A DNA stretch of 64,000 nucleotides, taken from assembly GCA_964600805.1 (NCBI GenBank), contig CAZRKN010000002.1, positions 11,967-75,966 on the forward strand, in the 5' to 3' direction. Origin of the DNA: an uncultured Bacteroides sp. Lineage in GTDB: Bacteria > Bacillota > Clostridia > Lachnospirales > Lachnospiraceae. Every line of letters starts with the position of its first letter. Positions within the stretch are counted from its first letter, which is position 1. The notes below the pieces were generated by a model. That model did not search any database. It was given only the letters and a program-made list of their open reading frames with translations, and was not told where the DNA came from. A program made the position numbers and the translations under genes. This document shows positions 63,625 through 64,000 of the stretch, piece after piece.

Positions 63625-63766
63625 GTTGTATAAACTATACAAGTTCATAAGCAGGGTGCTATGGAGCCGTCGATACTTAGGCTGCGTATTTTGCAGCCTT
63701 ATGTACCGCTGCGAGCGACAATGCAGCGCAAGCGTGCCCTGCGTTGAATTGTATAGTTTATACAAC
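63625..63766. repeat. 142-bp element with 18-bp perfect terminal inverted repeats (MITE-like or structured RNA)
   Basis: GTTGTATAAACTATACAA (63625-42) / TTGTATAGTTTATACAAC (63749-66); internal hairpins. Confidence 0.7.
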
Positions 63767-63801
63767 GGACGTCTTGAAAAACGTAAAAGGAGGAAAAATA
63801 T

Positions 63802-64000
63802 TTGTTTAGTTCAATTACATCAGGCGCAATCCACGGAATCAGAAGTTATCTGATTCAGGTTGAGGTAGATGCGTCAAAAGGTCTGCCATGCTTTCAGATG
63901 GTGGGACTGCTTGGTAATGAGGTGAGAGAGGCCAGGGAGCGGGTAAAAGTAGCTTTGAAAAACGCAGGTATGCCCCTTCCGCCAATGTGCATAAATGTAA
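63802..64000 (+). CDS. comM: YifB/ComM family Mg-chelatase-like AAA+ ATPase (3' truncated by window edge)
   Basis: RBS AGGAGG, TTG start; translates as ...IQVEVDASKGLPCFQMVGL...VREARERVKVALKNAG. Confidence 0.88.
   Translation, partial: MFSSITSGAIHGIRSYLIQVEVDASKGLPCFQMVGLLGNEVREARERVKVALKNAGMPLPPMCINV

Noticed and set aside
63626-63853. 75-aa ORF over the inverted-repeat element
   Set aside because: No RBS, overlaps comM out of frame, and runs through a palindromic element.

Overview
Mostly core chromosome of a spore-forming clostridial bacterium; gene content and order suggest Lachnospiraceae (inference). Order: end of the dcw cluster (mraY-murD-ftsW/spoVE-murA-divIB-ftsZ); spoIIGA-sigE; an interrupted sigE...sigG(inverted)...ylmC...nrdR region holding a c-di-GMP enzyme, an SH3 protein, a heptad-VNTR protein, an ABC exporter and a hybrid kinase; yqeG-aroE-aroK-aroQ; an M3 peptidase plus oppABCDF; efp; tRNA-Arg(CCG); gdhA; a hybrid kinase; an ABC pair; a two-gene sufC/sufBD-like pair; purF; rpsT-gpr-spoIIP-lepA-hemW; sigK-degenerate HD-GYP-pilT; a ~2716-aa modular GH53 galactanase; and the start of comM/yifB. 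I saw no CRISPR array, transposase, integrase or phage gene. Best leads: (1) three families of small, highly structured non-coding inserts (a 117-bp tandem, a dispersed three-hairpin element with covariation and cGNAg triloops, and a 142-bp element with 18-bp terminal inverted repeats), mostly lying between a promoter and a start codon; (2) a sigK with neither skin nor pro-peptide, whose RBS is buried in a hairpin overlapping its sporulation promoter, a layout echoed at ylmC and sigG; (3) a catalytically degenerate HD-GYP protein coupled to an orphan pilT downstream of sigK. All calls come from reading the sequence by eye; no searches or folding were run.
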